Assembly (NCBI RefSeq): GCF_030144855.1
Contig: NW_026781651.1
Span: 434,001-498,000, forward strand
Origin: Hypanus sabinus
Taxonomy: Eukaryota
DNA length: 64,000 bases
Direction: 5' to 3'
The notes under the pieces were generated by a model that had not been told where the DNA came from, searched no databases, and saw only the letters and a program-made list of their open reading frames with translations. A program made the translations under genes and the position numbers. How positions within the stretch are numbered: the first letter of the stretch is position 1; every line of letters begins with the position of its first letter. This document shows positions 12,812 to 25,035 of this stretch, one piece after another.

Positions 12812-13767
12812 CTGCCAAACAGAATAAACCATCAGGGTAAATACAACAGGAAGATTTCTCTTAAAACGAGTATAATGTGTGTCAATGATTGAAATGAGTG
12901 TACCTGACGGAATAATATAATCGTAGCGATTACCAGTTGAATAAAATTGAACCGTTTTGCAAAGCAGTGTAATCTTAGTGCAATCTATTTGATCGAATAT
13001 TAGCAACGAAAGGAAAAGCGAAGAACACAGGTAACGATGGCTAAAACGAATTGTGAAATTCCGTACATGCTGAGCGAAAAAGCTCTGAATGATGCTCCGC
13101 AGAATCTCAACTGTCGTGAAATAATAATCCTTGACACCCATCATCTCTGGTTGAGGTGCAGATTTCCGTCCCCGATCCTTAGCCAGGGCGACTGAATTTG
13201 CAGATGGAATTGTAGTCCAAAGCCTTATTTTTGCACCTCTCTTCCGGTTTGACAATATTGAGGGAGTATTACCTTGAAATCTTACCACGAGTATCACCAG
13301 CTCCTCCTTGAACTTCTGTCTGTACAATCCTATGCCAGTCATTAATGTCTCGAAATTACTTTTTCAGCAGCAATAAATCTGATTTGTCACCAGAACAATA
13401 CGTCATGGTCAGCACTTCAAGAACTTACAGTGGTCTATCGTGTTTTCAGGGGGGAAAAAAAGTCATGTTTTCAGAAATATGTTGCTTAGGCTTTAAACAC
13501 CGTCAAATGCAGTTGGCGTGAAAATATATATTAAAGATCATGCATTTTACAATGTTTGGGTCCCAATCGGAAAATGCATTTTATGAACACAGTGGGCAGG
13601 AGGGAGGCCAGAGTCAGAAGAAGCAACCAGTGATTATATGCCAGAGACAATGTTTCCTTTCCTTCAGTGGCACCGGTCAGCACATGAACGTTATTCTTTC
13701 TGCTGGAAGGCAGATAATTAGATGATTAATCGAACACAATTCTGCGACATCCTCACGCTGCGAATTG

Positions 13768-14550
13768 ATAACAATAGACAATAGACAGTAGGTGCAGGAG
13801 TAGGCTATTTGCCCCTTCTAGCCAGCACCGCTATTCACTGTGATCATGGCTGATCATACACAATCGGTACCCCGTGCCTGCCCTCTCCCCATATCCATTG
13901 ACCCCGCTATCTACAAGAGCTCTATCTAACTCTCTCTTGAATGCCTCCAGAGACTTGGCCTCCGCTGCCTTCTGGGGCAGAGCATTCCACATATCCACCA
14001 CTCTCTGGGTGAAAAAGTTTTTCCGCATCTCTGTTCTAAATGACCTTCCCCTTATTCTTAAACTGTGACCTCTTGTTCTGGACTCATCCATCAGCGGGAA
14101 CTTGCTTCCTGCCTCCAGCGTGTCCAATCCCTGAATAGTCATATGTCTCAATCAGATCCCCTCTCATCCTTCTAAATTCCAGTGTATACAAGTCCAGTCT
14201 CTCCAATTTTTTCAAAATATGACAGTCCCGCCATTCCGGGAATTAACCTTGTGAATCTACGCCGCACTCCCTCAATAGCAAGAATGTCCTTCCTCAATTT
14301 TGGCGACCAAAACTGCACACAATACTCAAAGTGGGGTCTCACCAGGGCCCTGAACAGCTGCAGAAGGATCTCTTTATTCCTATACTCAATCCTCTTGTTT
14401 TAAAGGCCAGCATGCCATTAACTTTCTTCACTGCTTGCTGTATCTGCATGCTTGCTTTCATATAAGAACACCTAGATCTCGTTGTGCTTCCTCTTTTCCT
14501 AACTTGACCCCATTTAGATAGTAATCTGCCTTTCTGTTCTTGCCACCAAA
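13768..14550 (-). mobile_element. CR1/HER1-type LINE 3' fragment in the GPCR intron
   Basis: ESRTRGHSLRIRGRSFRTEMRKNFFTQRVVDMWNALP; (ATTGTCT)n microsatellite tail at ~13770-13790. Confidence 0.9.
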
Positions 14551-15465
14551 GGAAATGTGCTGAAATGTGGATACACAGCTGGCGAACGCAAAACACGCAG
14601 AAGCGGAGCCATTAAGATAAATGTTCGCAGTTTAGAGAACGTAATGCCACTGCTGAATGACAGCCAATGTGGAAACGTGAAGAACGAACGACGTTTTCTA
14701 AGGAACTCCCGCAAGCTATAGGGCGAGATAGGAGACAAAATGCGAAAGCTACTTCGATAATGTGGTCGGCACGGCCGAAGGTCCTGACAGCGGAGGGACC
14801 TGGTTCAGTTCACGGGAATCCTGGACCGACCAGACCGATTAGCCACGGAAAGACTAGGGGTTGGAACCCAGTTTAATTGCAGTTGACCCTCAAATGAGGG
14901 GAGTGGGGGAAACTTGATTCATAGCAGATATTCTCACGGCGATGAGAAAGTGAATAGAAAGCGGAGATCAATTTTAATATGTAATGTTTCAACGTCTCGG
15001 TGGTAGGCTGCTGTGCTGAGCGACTGTCAGTAAGTTCACTCGTCAGAAATTTAACCATTACACCCGGAGCATTAACTGAGCCAGCCTGACCACGCCACAG
15101 GACCATAAGCTACTCAATCATGATTGACGTATTTCACTTCCAAAACTGTCTTCTTGCCTTCTCTACATGAACATTGATGTCTCAGTTAACAACCGCTTAA
15201 ACTGCGCGAATACGGGCACAGGGCCATCAAACGCGCCTCATACGCGATCGTTTAATCGCTGGACCATTCTCGTAAACCTGCTCTGGGTCAACACCACTGC
15301 CACCACATATTTTCTTGAACAGAGATCGTCAGGACAGAAAACCACCAACGTGCACAGGAAAAAGGTTTGTTTAATTAACACATTGTAGTGCGACAGCATC
15401 ATTAATTATTATAATGAGAGGTACACGTAATAAGAAAAATGCGGTGACGTATTAAAGAGACTCAC

Positions 15466-15643
15466 CAGGAAGAGCAATAATGGCGAGGACGGGGAAGAAA
15501 ACCACTTGAATGGCGACGAGAACATATGTAACTCGAAAATCGACCGGTACCCAATAGTCTGTAGAAATATATGGAATCATCCAGAAGACACTTCTCCCAT
15601 TTCCCGTTATATTCCAGGCTGCGCTTCCCGGAACCCGATCCAT
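15466..15643 (-). CDS. GPR139/GPR142-like GPCR exon 1 (N-terminus and start of TM1)
   Basis: ATG in Kozak context (GTCATGG); MDRVPGSAAWNITG...IQVVFFPVLAIIALP; N-glycosylation sequon NIT; donor G|gtgagt at 15465; 178 nt = 59 codons + 1, in phase with exon 2. Confidence 0.88.
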
Positions 15644-15754
15644 GACAGAACGAACCAATCCGTCCTCACTCTCCCTGACACTGCAGCTCCGGTTATCTGT
15701 CCGTGGCAGGGGAGGCTGCTCTCGCTGAAACTGAGGGAACCGAGTGAACGGGGC

Positions 15755-15794
15755 TCTTATTAAACAGAGAGAAAAAGAATCTCCGGTGACGTCA
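15755..15794 (-). promoter_or_regulatory. Putative core promoter of the intact GPCR: CRE palindrome plus TATA-like element
   Basis: TGACGTCA at 15787-15794; minus-strand TTTAATAAG at ~15756-15764, about 115 bp upstream of the ATG. Confidence 0.45.
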
Positions 15795-16237
15795 GCAGCC
15801 TACCCTGAACAGACTCTAATTATTTTCCGTAAAGCTACAGGAAGAGTTAACCCTTGGTCTACCAGGTGGCAGTGGAAGAAGTGTGTAGATAAATACTGCT
15901 GTGGCCAAATATCCTGAAATTACTAAAATATATATATTTTTAAATCTCTCACTGCCCTGGTTTAACACAGTTTGAAGTGGAAATAAGTCCAACATAAGCA
16001 AATATATGCATTTCATTTAAAACCCCCGTTTTAGGAAAGCGGTAAATTAGTCAAAATAATATTTGATCCATCCTTGGCTGCTGTAAGATGAATGGAAGAA
16101 AAGAACGGTTCTGAAAGAGAGCGGCATTAGCTTCGAAAGTGGAGGTTTGATGAGAGAGAAAAGGACTGTCAGTCCTCTGTGCAAACGTGCTGTCATGTTC
16201 GACAGGAGTAGCAAGAGCACAAGAAAGGTAGACAAGG

Positions 16238-16508
16238 NNNNNNNNNNNNNNNNNNNNNNNNNNNNNNNNNNNNNNNNNNNNNNNNNNNNNNNNNNNNNNN
16301 NNNNNNNNNNNNNNNNNNNNNNNNNNNNNNNNNNNNNNNNNNNNNNNNNNNNNNNNNNNNNNNNNNNNNNNNNNNNNNNNNNNNNNNNNNNNNNNNNNNN
16401 NNNNNNNNNNNNNNNNNNNNNNNNNNNNNNNNNNNNNNNNNNNNNNNNNNNNNNNNNNNNNNNNNNNNNNNNNNNNNNNNNNNNNNNNNNNNNNNNNNNN
16501 NNNNNNNN
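16238..16508. other. Assembly gap (271 N)
   Basis: Run of n characters. Confidence 1.
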
Positions 16509-17469
16509 AATAACGAAGGAATTAACTGTCGGCAACTGGGTTCCCTCCAGTACGATGCGGATCAGATCACTGAGTCGTCAATAAATATTCTTTGCGACGG
16601 TCTTTCTGTGGTTTTACACGTGGCTGATTATTATTTTTCATGTCATCCTTATATACTAGTAGATTAACAATCTTCAACATATCTACTTGTGTCTCAATTT
16701 CCTGTAAAATCCTGATGCTGTTGAACCAAAAATTAGCAAGAAAAATACAGTGTTTTCCTTACAGTCCATAAGCCTCCCCACATCGCATACAAAGCCTAGG
16801 CCGCAGACATACATGTGTGCAATGTGTCGGAGTGATAGGATGCTCTTTAATCCGGACAAAATCAGCATTTTCCTATAAAATTACTTTCTATTTATCGGCA
16901 AGCAAACGTGTCGCAATAACTTTGTACAATTTACCCTCGATTGAAGAGGGTAAATAAGAGGATTGAGAATAAACATCCACCAGTATATGTTAAGTTATAT
17001 TTACTATATTACTGACACCTTTGGACATCAGAAAAAAATACATCTGACGAAAGCTGTAATTGAAGTAAACACGATATTTTTATTTTCCTGGTGTGTTCAA
17101 TTATCTACAGCACTGAAAACAAGCTGAAAACGTACTTTAGGTTCTTTATCCACTTCTCCACTTGAAAATGCTCAGAATTTTTTTTTTCTGCAGATGGACC
17201 AAATAAAAGTTGTAAAGATCTCCTTTCCTCTGTTAGACTGCAGTTCAGATTTGAGCGAACACTGAACTTCCACCCTGCAGCTCACCGATCAGGGGTCCAT
17301 GCAGTTATGTTAGTTGGTGTAAGATGGTCGTATGAGTAACTGGTGTTTATCACAGGACCCGGTTATGCGACCATCCACTAACGTCGCATAGATATTCTTT
17401 GAAGTGCGCTGATTGTCGCTGGGGTAATCGAGCGCAGGGACGATTTACTGCCGTTTTAGTCAAATGACA

Positions 17470-18805
17470 TTAACGATTAGAATGAGATCGTGTTGCAGTT
17501 TCTGGAGGAGATTCTGGAGAGGGAACGATCTTTACCAAAGGGACGGGTTACTCTTGAATCAGAGGGGTCTAATGCGCTGGCGGGCAGGTAGGCTGGAATT
17601 TTCTGGGGGTTTAACAAAATTGCATTCAGTCGGATAAGATGGAAAGTAAAAGGTGAGAAAAATAGGAATGGGTGAATACTGGACTGAAGGCGTTCGATTT
17701 GAATGCACGCAGTATACTGGACATGGTTGAAGAACTCGCAGAGTTTCATGTGAGAATACGAGTATAGGCTGTTGTAAGAATCACTGAATCGTTGTTGAAG
17801 GAAGATAATAACTTGGAGCTTAATGTCAATGATATACATTGCAGTAAAAGGCTAGCCAAGAAATGAGAAGGGGCAGTGATGCTCTGTTGGTTAAATGTGA
17901 AATTAAATAATTTAAAAGGGGTGATATGGGGTTGCAAGGTGTTGAATCATTGTGGATAGAACAATGAACTGTAAGGATAAAAACCATTATGTGAGTTATA
18001 TTTACAGACAACCCAAACCAGAATAATGTTTTGGTCTACAAAATATAACATGAGGTAGAAAACGCCTGCCGAAAGGGCAGTATGATAATCGTCATGATGG
18101 TTTAAAATATTGCGCAAGACTGGGGAAATCATGCTGATCCTGGACTCCAAGAGACAGAATTTCGACAATGCCTGCGCGGTGGCTTTTCAGAGCAGCTCGA
18201 GGTTGAGCCCACAGAGATATTGTGTAATGAGCCGGAATTGATCAGAGGGCTTTGGTGAAAATGATCACGTTGTGATCGAATTCACCCTCAAAAGTGAAAA
18301 AATTAAGAGGATGAATCAGAATTACAGTGGAGTAGAGGGAATTACAGAGCCATTAGAGAGGAGTTCGTCAGAATCGATTGGAAATGAACACAGGCAGGCA
18401 GGACAGCAGAACAGTCTGTAGTTTCCGAAAGGAATTTCGAAAGCACACAACATATGTTTTCTAAATTGGAGATGTGTTATTAAGGAAGATGATACAACCG
18501 TGGCACAGAACACTATACAATTCAACATCATAGGCATAGAGAAGGCATGCAATACAATAAGTATTAGCGGGAAGTTAAATGATTGGGAAATTTTATATGC
18601 CAGCAGAAGGCAAAATAAAACTCATTGAAAGTTAAAGAAGGAATACCATATAATCCTAGCAAATATGATTAAAGAAGATATCAAAAGTTTATTTATTCAG
18701 ATACACAAAGTGTACGAGCGTGGCGAAAGTGGAAAGCAATGATCGAGAGACGGTAATGGGGGATAACAAAATGGTGGACGCATTGAATAAGCATTTTGCA
18801 TCAAT
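17470..18805 (+). mobile_element. Old degenerate CR1-clade LINE (ORF1 end, APE endonuclease region)
   Basis: TTGAATGCACGCAGTATA (LNARSI) at ~17699; GF.EQL..EPT-like stretch at ~18180; LNKHFAS.F-like end at ~18785. Confidence 0.6.
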
Positions 18806-18809
18806 TTTC

Positions 18810-19812
18810 AAGTCCAGTCAAGTCGTCACTTTTAACTGTCATTTCGACCATAACTGCTACTACAGTCCATTGTAAAACTGAGACAACTTTTTTCAGGACC
18901 ATGGTGTTACATGACACAGTACAAAATCTGGACTGAACTACGTAAAAAACAACACAGAAAAAAAAAACTACACTAGACTACAGACCTACCCAGGACTGCA
19001 TAAAGTATACAAAACAGTGCAGGCATTACAATAAATGATAAACAAGACAGTAGGGCAGTACGGCATCAGTCCAGGCTCTGAATATTGAGGAGTTTGATAG
19101 CTTGGGGGAAGAAACTGTTACATAGTCTGGTCGTGAGAGCCCGAATGCTTCGGTGCCTTTTCCCAGATGCCAGGAGGGAGAAGAGTTTGTACGAGGGGTA
19201 CATGGGGTCCTTCATATTTCTGTTTGCTTTGCGGATGCAGCGTGTAGTGTAAATGTCCGTGATGGCGGGAAGAGAGACCCCGACTATCTTCTCAGCTGAT
19301 CTCACTGTCCGCTGCAGGGTCTTGCCATCCGAGATGATGCAATTTCCGAACCAGGCAGTGATGCAGCTGCTCAGTATATTCAATACATCCCCTATAGAAT
19401 CTGATGAGGATGGGGGGGGGTGGGAGATGGACTTTCCTCAGCCTTCGCAGAAAGTACAGACGCTGCTGGGCTTTCTTTACTATGGAGCTGATGTTGAGGG
19501 ACCAGGTGGGATTCTCCGCCCCGTGAACACCCAGAAATTTGGTGCTCATAACGATCTCTACCGTTCAGCGGGGAGTGGTCGCTCCGTGCCCTCCTGAAGT
19601 CAACAACAATCTTATTTGTTTTGTTCACATTCAGAGACAGGTTGTTGGCTCTGCACCAGTCCGTTAGCCGCTGCACCTCCTCTCTGTAAGCTGACTCGAT
19701 GATGAGACCCACCACGGTCGTGTCATCGGCGAACTTGACGATATGGTTTGAGCTGTGTGTTGTAGCACAGTCGTGGGTCAGCAGAGTGAACAGCAGTGGA
19801 CTGACTACAGCC
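18810..19812 (-). mobile_element. Rex1/Babar-type LINE 3' fragment
   Basis: THDC..VKFADDTTVVGLI, KAQQRLYFLRRLRK, RLCNSFFPQAIKLLN; (GACTT)-like tail near 18810. Confidence 0.85.
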
Positions 19813-21739
19813 CTGGCCGGGGGGGGGGGGGGGTGGGGTAGTGTGTCTTTGGAATTCTCTTCCTCAAAGGAAAAGAAGAAAAAGCAGGAGATTTTTTTTT
19901 ATGTTTAATTCCGCAGAACACAGTCAGTTTCTTGACAGTCAATGGAGTGACGTGTTGCAGGCTGTGCAGGCTTGAGCCGCTGAAATCGGAGTTCAGTTGA
20001 GGTCAGAGAATCAGAGAATGGTGGAACAGAACGGAGAGGCCGAATGTCCTGCTACTAATTCAATATGCCAGCAGCAGCCTCCGCCAAATAAGAGTCCCAG
20101 TGAGATTAATTTTCAGAGTTTTTCCATCCGTCCCTGATGAAAAACGGTTGATGTATGTATGAATTAAATGCGATGTCAGGCAAATTCTACAGCCAGGAAA
20201 TGGTCTAAATTTCATGTGATGGCGCTGTGATCCAACAATTCGTTTCCTGTCAGTGAACAATAAACTGAAGCAGAATGGCATCCTTGTCTTACTGTCGACT
20301 TTGACGAGTAGTTATCTCTGGAAGATGGTAATCTCGGCACAACCGCTCACGAGTTGCCCATTACCAAAATGTTACAACTGCGGACAACTGTTAAAGATGG
20401 CTTTTAAAAGGACCAACAAAAAATCATTGCAGGTCCAGGCTACGGGGGCACAGTTAAATCTGGAGAAAGGGATGTCCGCTGATCGAAAGAGGACATTATT
20501 CCAAATGCATAATATTCCATCAGAGTTGAGAGCGCCCTTCCTTCTGCTGTCTCTGTGTAATAAACCAAGAGCGATCTTTGCCCTGGGCTGTCGCTGGGGT
20601 TTATAATCCGACAATAAACTGGTCCCCGGGTGAACAATAATTTCAATATGACGGCACCAACCAAACGGAAAGAGGATGCGGGTTATGATTCCCCTCTAGA
20701 GGTGGCAAAATTTCGCGCACTTAAATATGAATTCTGGTTCGGACCACAAGTTAGAAAGACTCATTCAAGCAGGGTGAGTCTTTGTGTGGTTTAACACAAG
20801 CGTTGTGGAACAAGGTGCGGCGTTACGTGCTGAATAGACTGAAGTTCAGGTTTATGAGCGTGTTATCAACTGACCATTGCTCAGGGTGTGTTAGGGACAT
20901 AAAATTCAGATGACTGGATTCGCTGAAACCAGACCCAGGAGTCCTGCATCAGGCAGGAAGATGGACTGTATTCGGCAGTGTAATGATGTTTTAATAAGCA
21001 CACTTGTAACGGCAGTATTTTAATATTTCTACCATATCAATATTAATACTGAAATCGCGCGGCTTCACGGATCTAGGTGCTCGATTATTCTGTAAGTGTG
21101 TGTGTTTTTAGGTAAGACGAGGAAGCACTGGCAGTGATAGTTATATTAACAAATATTGTGGTAATTCTCACTGACAGCAGATAAAAATAGCAAATTCTAC
21201 ACTCATTGGGCGCTTTACCATGTACCTACTGTCCTTAATAATGTGGCCACTGAGTGCATGTCCGGGGTCTTCTACTGTTCCCCGTCCATTCCAACGCTGA
21301 CCACTGCGCTGTATTCGCTGGCATTCGATTACGACGGGGATTTGATTGCATTCGCTGTTATTTAGATGGAGGTGAGGAGATTTTATCCGCTGGTGGTTAC
21401 ATAAATGAAATAAGCTTTTGCTGGAGACATTGAACATCACGAGGATTCTGAAGAGGAATATCGAGAACATGTTTGCTACTATAGGGGTAGCTGAAACAAG
21501 TGAAGATAGATGAGGTTATTTTTCTGAGGTGGAATTAGTACGTCTTTGAAATTCGCTTCCTCAAAGAAAAAGTGTTTAATGTGTTTAATTCCGCAGAACA
21601 CAGATTATTGACAGGCAAGGGAGTTAAGTGTTGCAAACGGTCGCGGGGATCTGTCACTGAGATCACAGTCCTACAGTGATCATAGAGAATGATGGAACAG
21701 GACTGACGGGGCGAATGTCCAGTTACTAATTGAATATAC

Positions 21740-21930
21740 CGGACGGCCGAGCTCTCTGCGCTGTGGAAAAATCGAGCCATTGGTGGCACCGTTGGACCCT
21801 TGGAGATGCGCAGGCGCGCTGCCGACACCAAGTATTGCCCGCTGTTGTATCTTCCGGGCGACGCTGAGGAAGGAGCTATTACCGGGTATGTGTAAATCGG
21901 GGGCCGAGTGCGGTGTGAAGGGCCGGGACT
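21740..21930 (+). promoter_or_regulatory. CpG-rich promoter/non-coding first-exon-like module, diverged copy
   Basis: Homologous to 27725-27895 and 45620-45790; contains TGCGCAGGCGC (NRF1-like), CTTCCGGG (ETS-like) and a donor-like ACCGG|GTATGT. Confidence 0.45.
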
Positions 21931-21944
21931 GAGCTCAGCCTGAC

Positions 21945-22350
21945 GGCTGGAGGTTGAGTGAACTTGGCCTTTTCTCCTACGACAGATGGAGAATGAGATA
22001 TGAGCTGATAGAGATGTGTAAGATGATGAGAGGCATTGATCGTGTGGAATGTCAGAGGCTTTTTCTCAGGGCTGAAATGGCTAACACGAGAGGACACAGT
22101 TTTAACGTGATTGGAAATAGTACCGAGACGATGTCTGGGGTAAGGTTTTTCTACGCAGACAGTGGTGAGTGCGTGGAATGGGCTGCCGGCGCCGGTGGTG
22201 GAGGCGGATAAAGTAAGGTGTTCAGGAGAATTTTGGATAAGTACCTGGAGCTTGGAAGAATAGAGGGTTGATGGGTAACTCAGGCAAATTTCTAAAGTAA
22301 GTACATGTTTGGGACAGCACTGTGGCCGAAGGGCCTGTGCACTATGCTGT
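21945..22350 (+). mobile_element. CR1/HER1-type LINE 3' fragment
   Basis: ELGLFSYDRWRMRYELIEMCKMMRGIDRVECQRLFLRAEMANTRGHSF; tail GGCCGAAGGGCCTG..GCTGTAGGTTCTCTA. Confidence 0.85.
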
Positions 22351-22545
22351 AGGTTCTCTACGCTTCTCTGCTTCTGTGTTCTCAGTTCATCTCATGCAGT
22401 CAATACTCACAGCATCCTTTCCTCCCACTATCATGCTGCTGTGTTTACTATGCTGTAGGTTCTCTACGTTTCTCTGGTTCTGTGTTCTCAGTTCATCCCA
22501 TGCATTCAATGCTCACAGCTTCCTTTCCTCCCACTATCATGCTGT
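22343..22545. repeat. 106 bp tandem repeat, 2 copies
   Basis: TATGCTGTAGGTTCTCTACG...CCCACTATCATGCTG unit at ~22343 and ~22449. Confidence 0.85.
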
Positions 22546-24379
22546 TACATTTGCTCCCGAGGCCTTTGACTCTACGCTGAGAGGCGGTGAACACAGAGCG
22601 ATAAAAAAAATGTGCAACTCTTCTTGCAGCTCTAGTGGGCCGTTACCCTGGAAACGGAGGAAGCAGCTCACCAAAAATAACCGAAAAGGGAATTAACAAA
22701 CCTAACATCGTACGCTATGAGTTTCATTATGACAAAGGTTAACACTGCAGCCATTTTGGAATGAAGAATCTAAAACTGTATAGTCTGCCTTTAACGTTCT
22801 GCATTCACTTAATTCTCTAGTAGTCTGGCTAACAAAAATGATCAATAGTTAGCGATCAATACTATATTAATCTCTGCCAGAAATATACCCAGTGACAGCC
22901 TCATTCAGCATCTGTTGCAAAAGACTCCACAGATCGGCGACTCTTTGGCTGAAGAAGTTTCTCTCATCTCAGTTTTAAAGGGAAGCTTGCTTATTCCGAG
23001 GCTGTCCTCTCAGACCCCAGACTCTCCGTCTGATGGAAATATCCTCCCCATGTCCACTATTTCCTGGCTGTTCAGCATTCTGTAGGTTTAAATATGATCC
23101 CGTCCTCCTCTCTACTTCTGAACTCCTTAGAGTACAGGCCCAGAGTCATCAAATGCTTGTCCGACAGAAACGCTCTCATTCCTGAGAGTACTCCTGTGAA
23201 CCACGTGAGCAACAGTTCTACTGAACACATTTCCAGGAATTACAGGGAATGTGGTACCAGGACAATATACAGGGGAAAAGTTGCGGTTTCTTTACTGTTC
23301 CACCAAGTATCAGCAAACATGCGCTTGTGCATACGTCCATTTCCAGAGGAACAAGCTTAGTGATTTGGGTTCATAATCGTTCATCAGAATGGCTTCAAAT
23401 ATTTTCCATTTTTGGTGCAGGTTTCCAGCATCCTGAGATTCCGCCGAATTTCCATCGGTTGACAGACAGGTGACAGTGCCGCCACTGGCGGGGAGGAAAT
23501 TCCAAACACAGATTGAACACCAAACTCACGGGTCTATTTCTACTGTTGCAAACACGGAACAGTCCATTCCCACAGTTTCTAACTGCAAGGGATGGGATGG
23601 TAACATATCCTCTCCTCAGAAAAGTAGTCATTACTTCCAAAGGAACCTGATGAATCTCTGACTGGGCCAGATAGCGGGCTGGAAAACCTGGGCGCGTGGC
23701 ACCAGCAGGCGGGTATAATGTTTCACATTGTCTCCACCAGCTAAACTGAACACATTTTATCATTATCCTATTGTTAAATGAGATCTTGCCCAGCACAATT
23801 AACCACCACATTTCCTGTAGTCTAACAGGAATAAAACGCGTTTAAAAATAAAATTGAATGTAAAGAGCTGGAAACTCGGTACATCAGATTGGATGTGTGT
23901 AAAGAGAAACTGTGGAAGACCCGGTATCAGAACTGGGAAGGTCCAAGATGCTGCCAGATCCGCTGAACGTTTCCAGCATTTTCTCTTTTTTTTTACTTTA
24001 AATGATGCACAACTATTAACTGATAACAAGTTATTTATAACGGCCTGAACAAAGTAGCGCAAATGTAATACATTAGATTTCTCTTCAATCCAATTCCGGG
24101 AGAATGCAGTCAATGCACACAACTTCCTCCCCACCCCACTATCAATCTGCTATCTCTGCTGCCAAGCCTCCTTCCGACAAAGACTAACACGGCGGACATT
24201 TGGCAACGTTGAAGCTAAAGTCGGAATGGCTGTCTTTACCCTACCTGGTGCTGTATTCAATAAATCTTCTCCTAGTTCCAAGTAACAAACACATATTTCA
24301 GAATGAGTGAGCCTCAGAGTGAGGGAAAATACGTCACAACGAAGACAACGGTAGAAGAGAGGCTGTTAATAGATAATCA

Positions 24380-24685
24380 TTGGTGGGATACCGGCTGGGC
24401 AGAGCTTGGACAAGATGGTTGATATATATCGTTGGTGGTGGGATACAGACTGGACAGAGGTTGGACAAGATAGTTGATATAAATCATTGAGGTGATGGGA
24501 TACAGACTGGACAGAGGTTGGACAAGATGGTTGATATATATCATTGAGGTGGTGGGATACAGTCTGGGCAAAGGTTGGACAAGATGGTTGATATATATCA
24601 TTGAGGTGGAGGGATTCAGACTGGACAGACTTTGAACAAGACGATTGATATATATCTTTGATTTGGTGGGATACAGGTTGTACAG
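24380..24685. repeat. 57 bp minisatellite, about 5 copies
   Basis: GGGATAC anchor (GGGATTC at 24611) at 24385, 24440, 24497, 24554, 24611 and 24668. Confidence 0.9.
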
Positions 24686-24744
24686 CGAATTTCCCAAATG
24701 GGGAGGAAATCCTAGTTTTGTGCTGAGGTACCGTTTCCCAGGAG

Positions 24745-25035
24745 GTAGCAGCTTCTCTGTAGGTTGCTTTATTGTTATTTGACATTAGGCCAATCCGTCT
24801 ACTATCGTCAGCAAATCTGATCAGCTGCTTGGAGCTGTGGGTGACGACACAATCATGGGTATACAGAGGGTAAATGAGGGGGCCAAGGAGACAACCCTGT
24901 GGGTTATGTGTGCTGAAGGTCAGAGAGACAGAGGTGAGAGACCCACTCTTACCACCTGCCAGCGATCTGACGGGAAGTCCAGGATTCAGCTACACAAGGC
25001 AGGGTGAAGGCCGAGGTCTTTGAGCTTTTTGTCGA
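24745..25035 (-). mobile_element. Rex1/Babar-type RT fragment (paralogue at ~42655-42945)
   Basis: PQGCLLGPLIYSLYTHDCVATHSSKQLIRFADDSRLIGLMSNNNKATYRE (read from the unit B copy). Confidence 0.8.

Noticed and set aside
12809-13342. 177-aa minus-strand ORF directly upstream of GPCR exon 2
   Set aside because: Lies in the intron, is out of frame with exon 2 and has no recognisable motifs; a better exon 1 with canonical donor exists at 15466-15643
11919-15643. Calling the intact receptor the GPR139 orthologue
   Set aside because: Similarity is family-level only; tandem paralogues and the NTxxY motif argue for a lineage-specific expansion, so no gene symbol is given
16047-16584. ORFs of 162 and 145 aa
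   Set aside because: Artefacts of translating through the N gap
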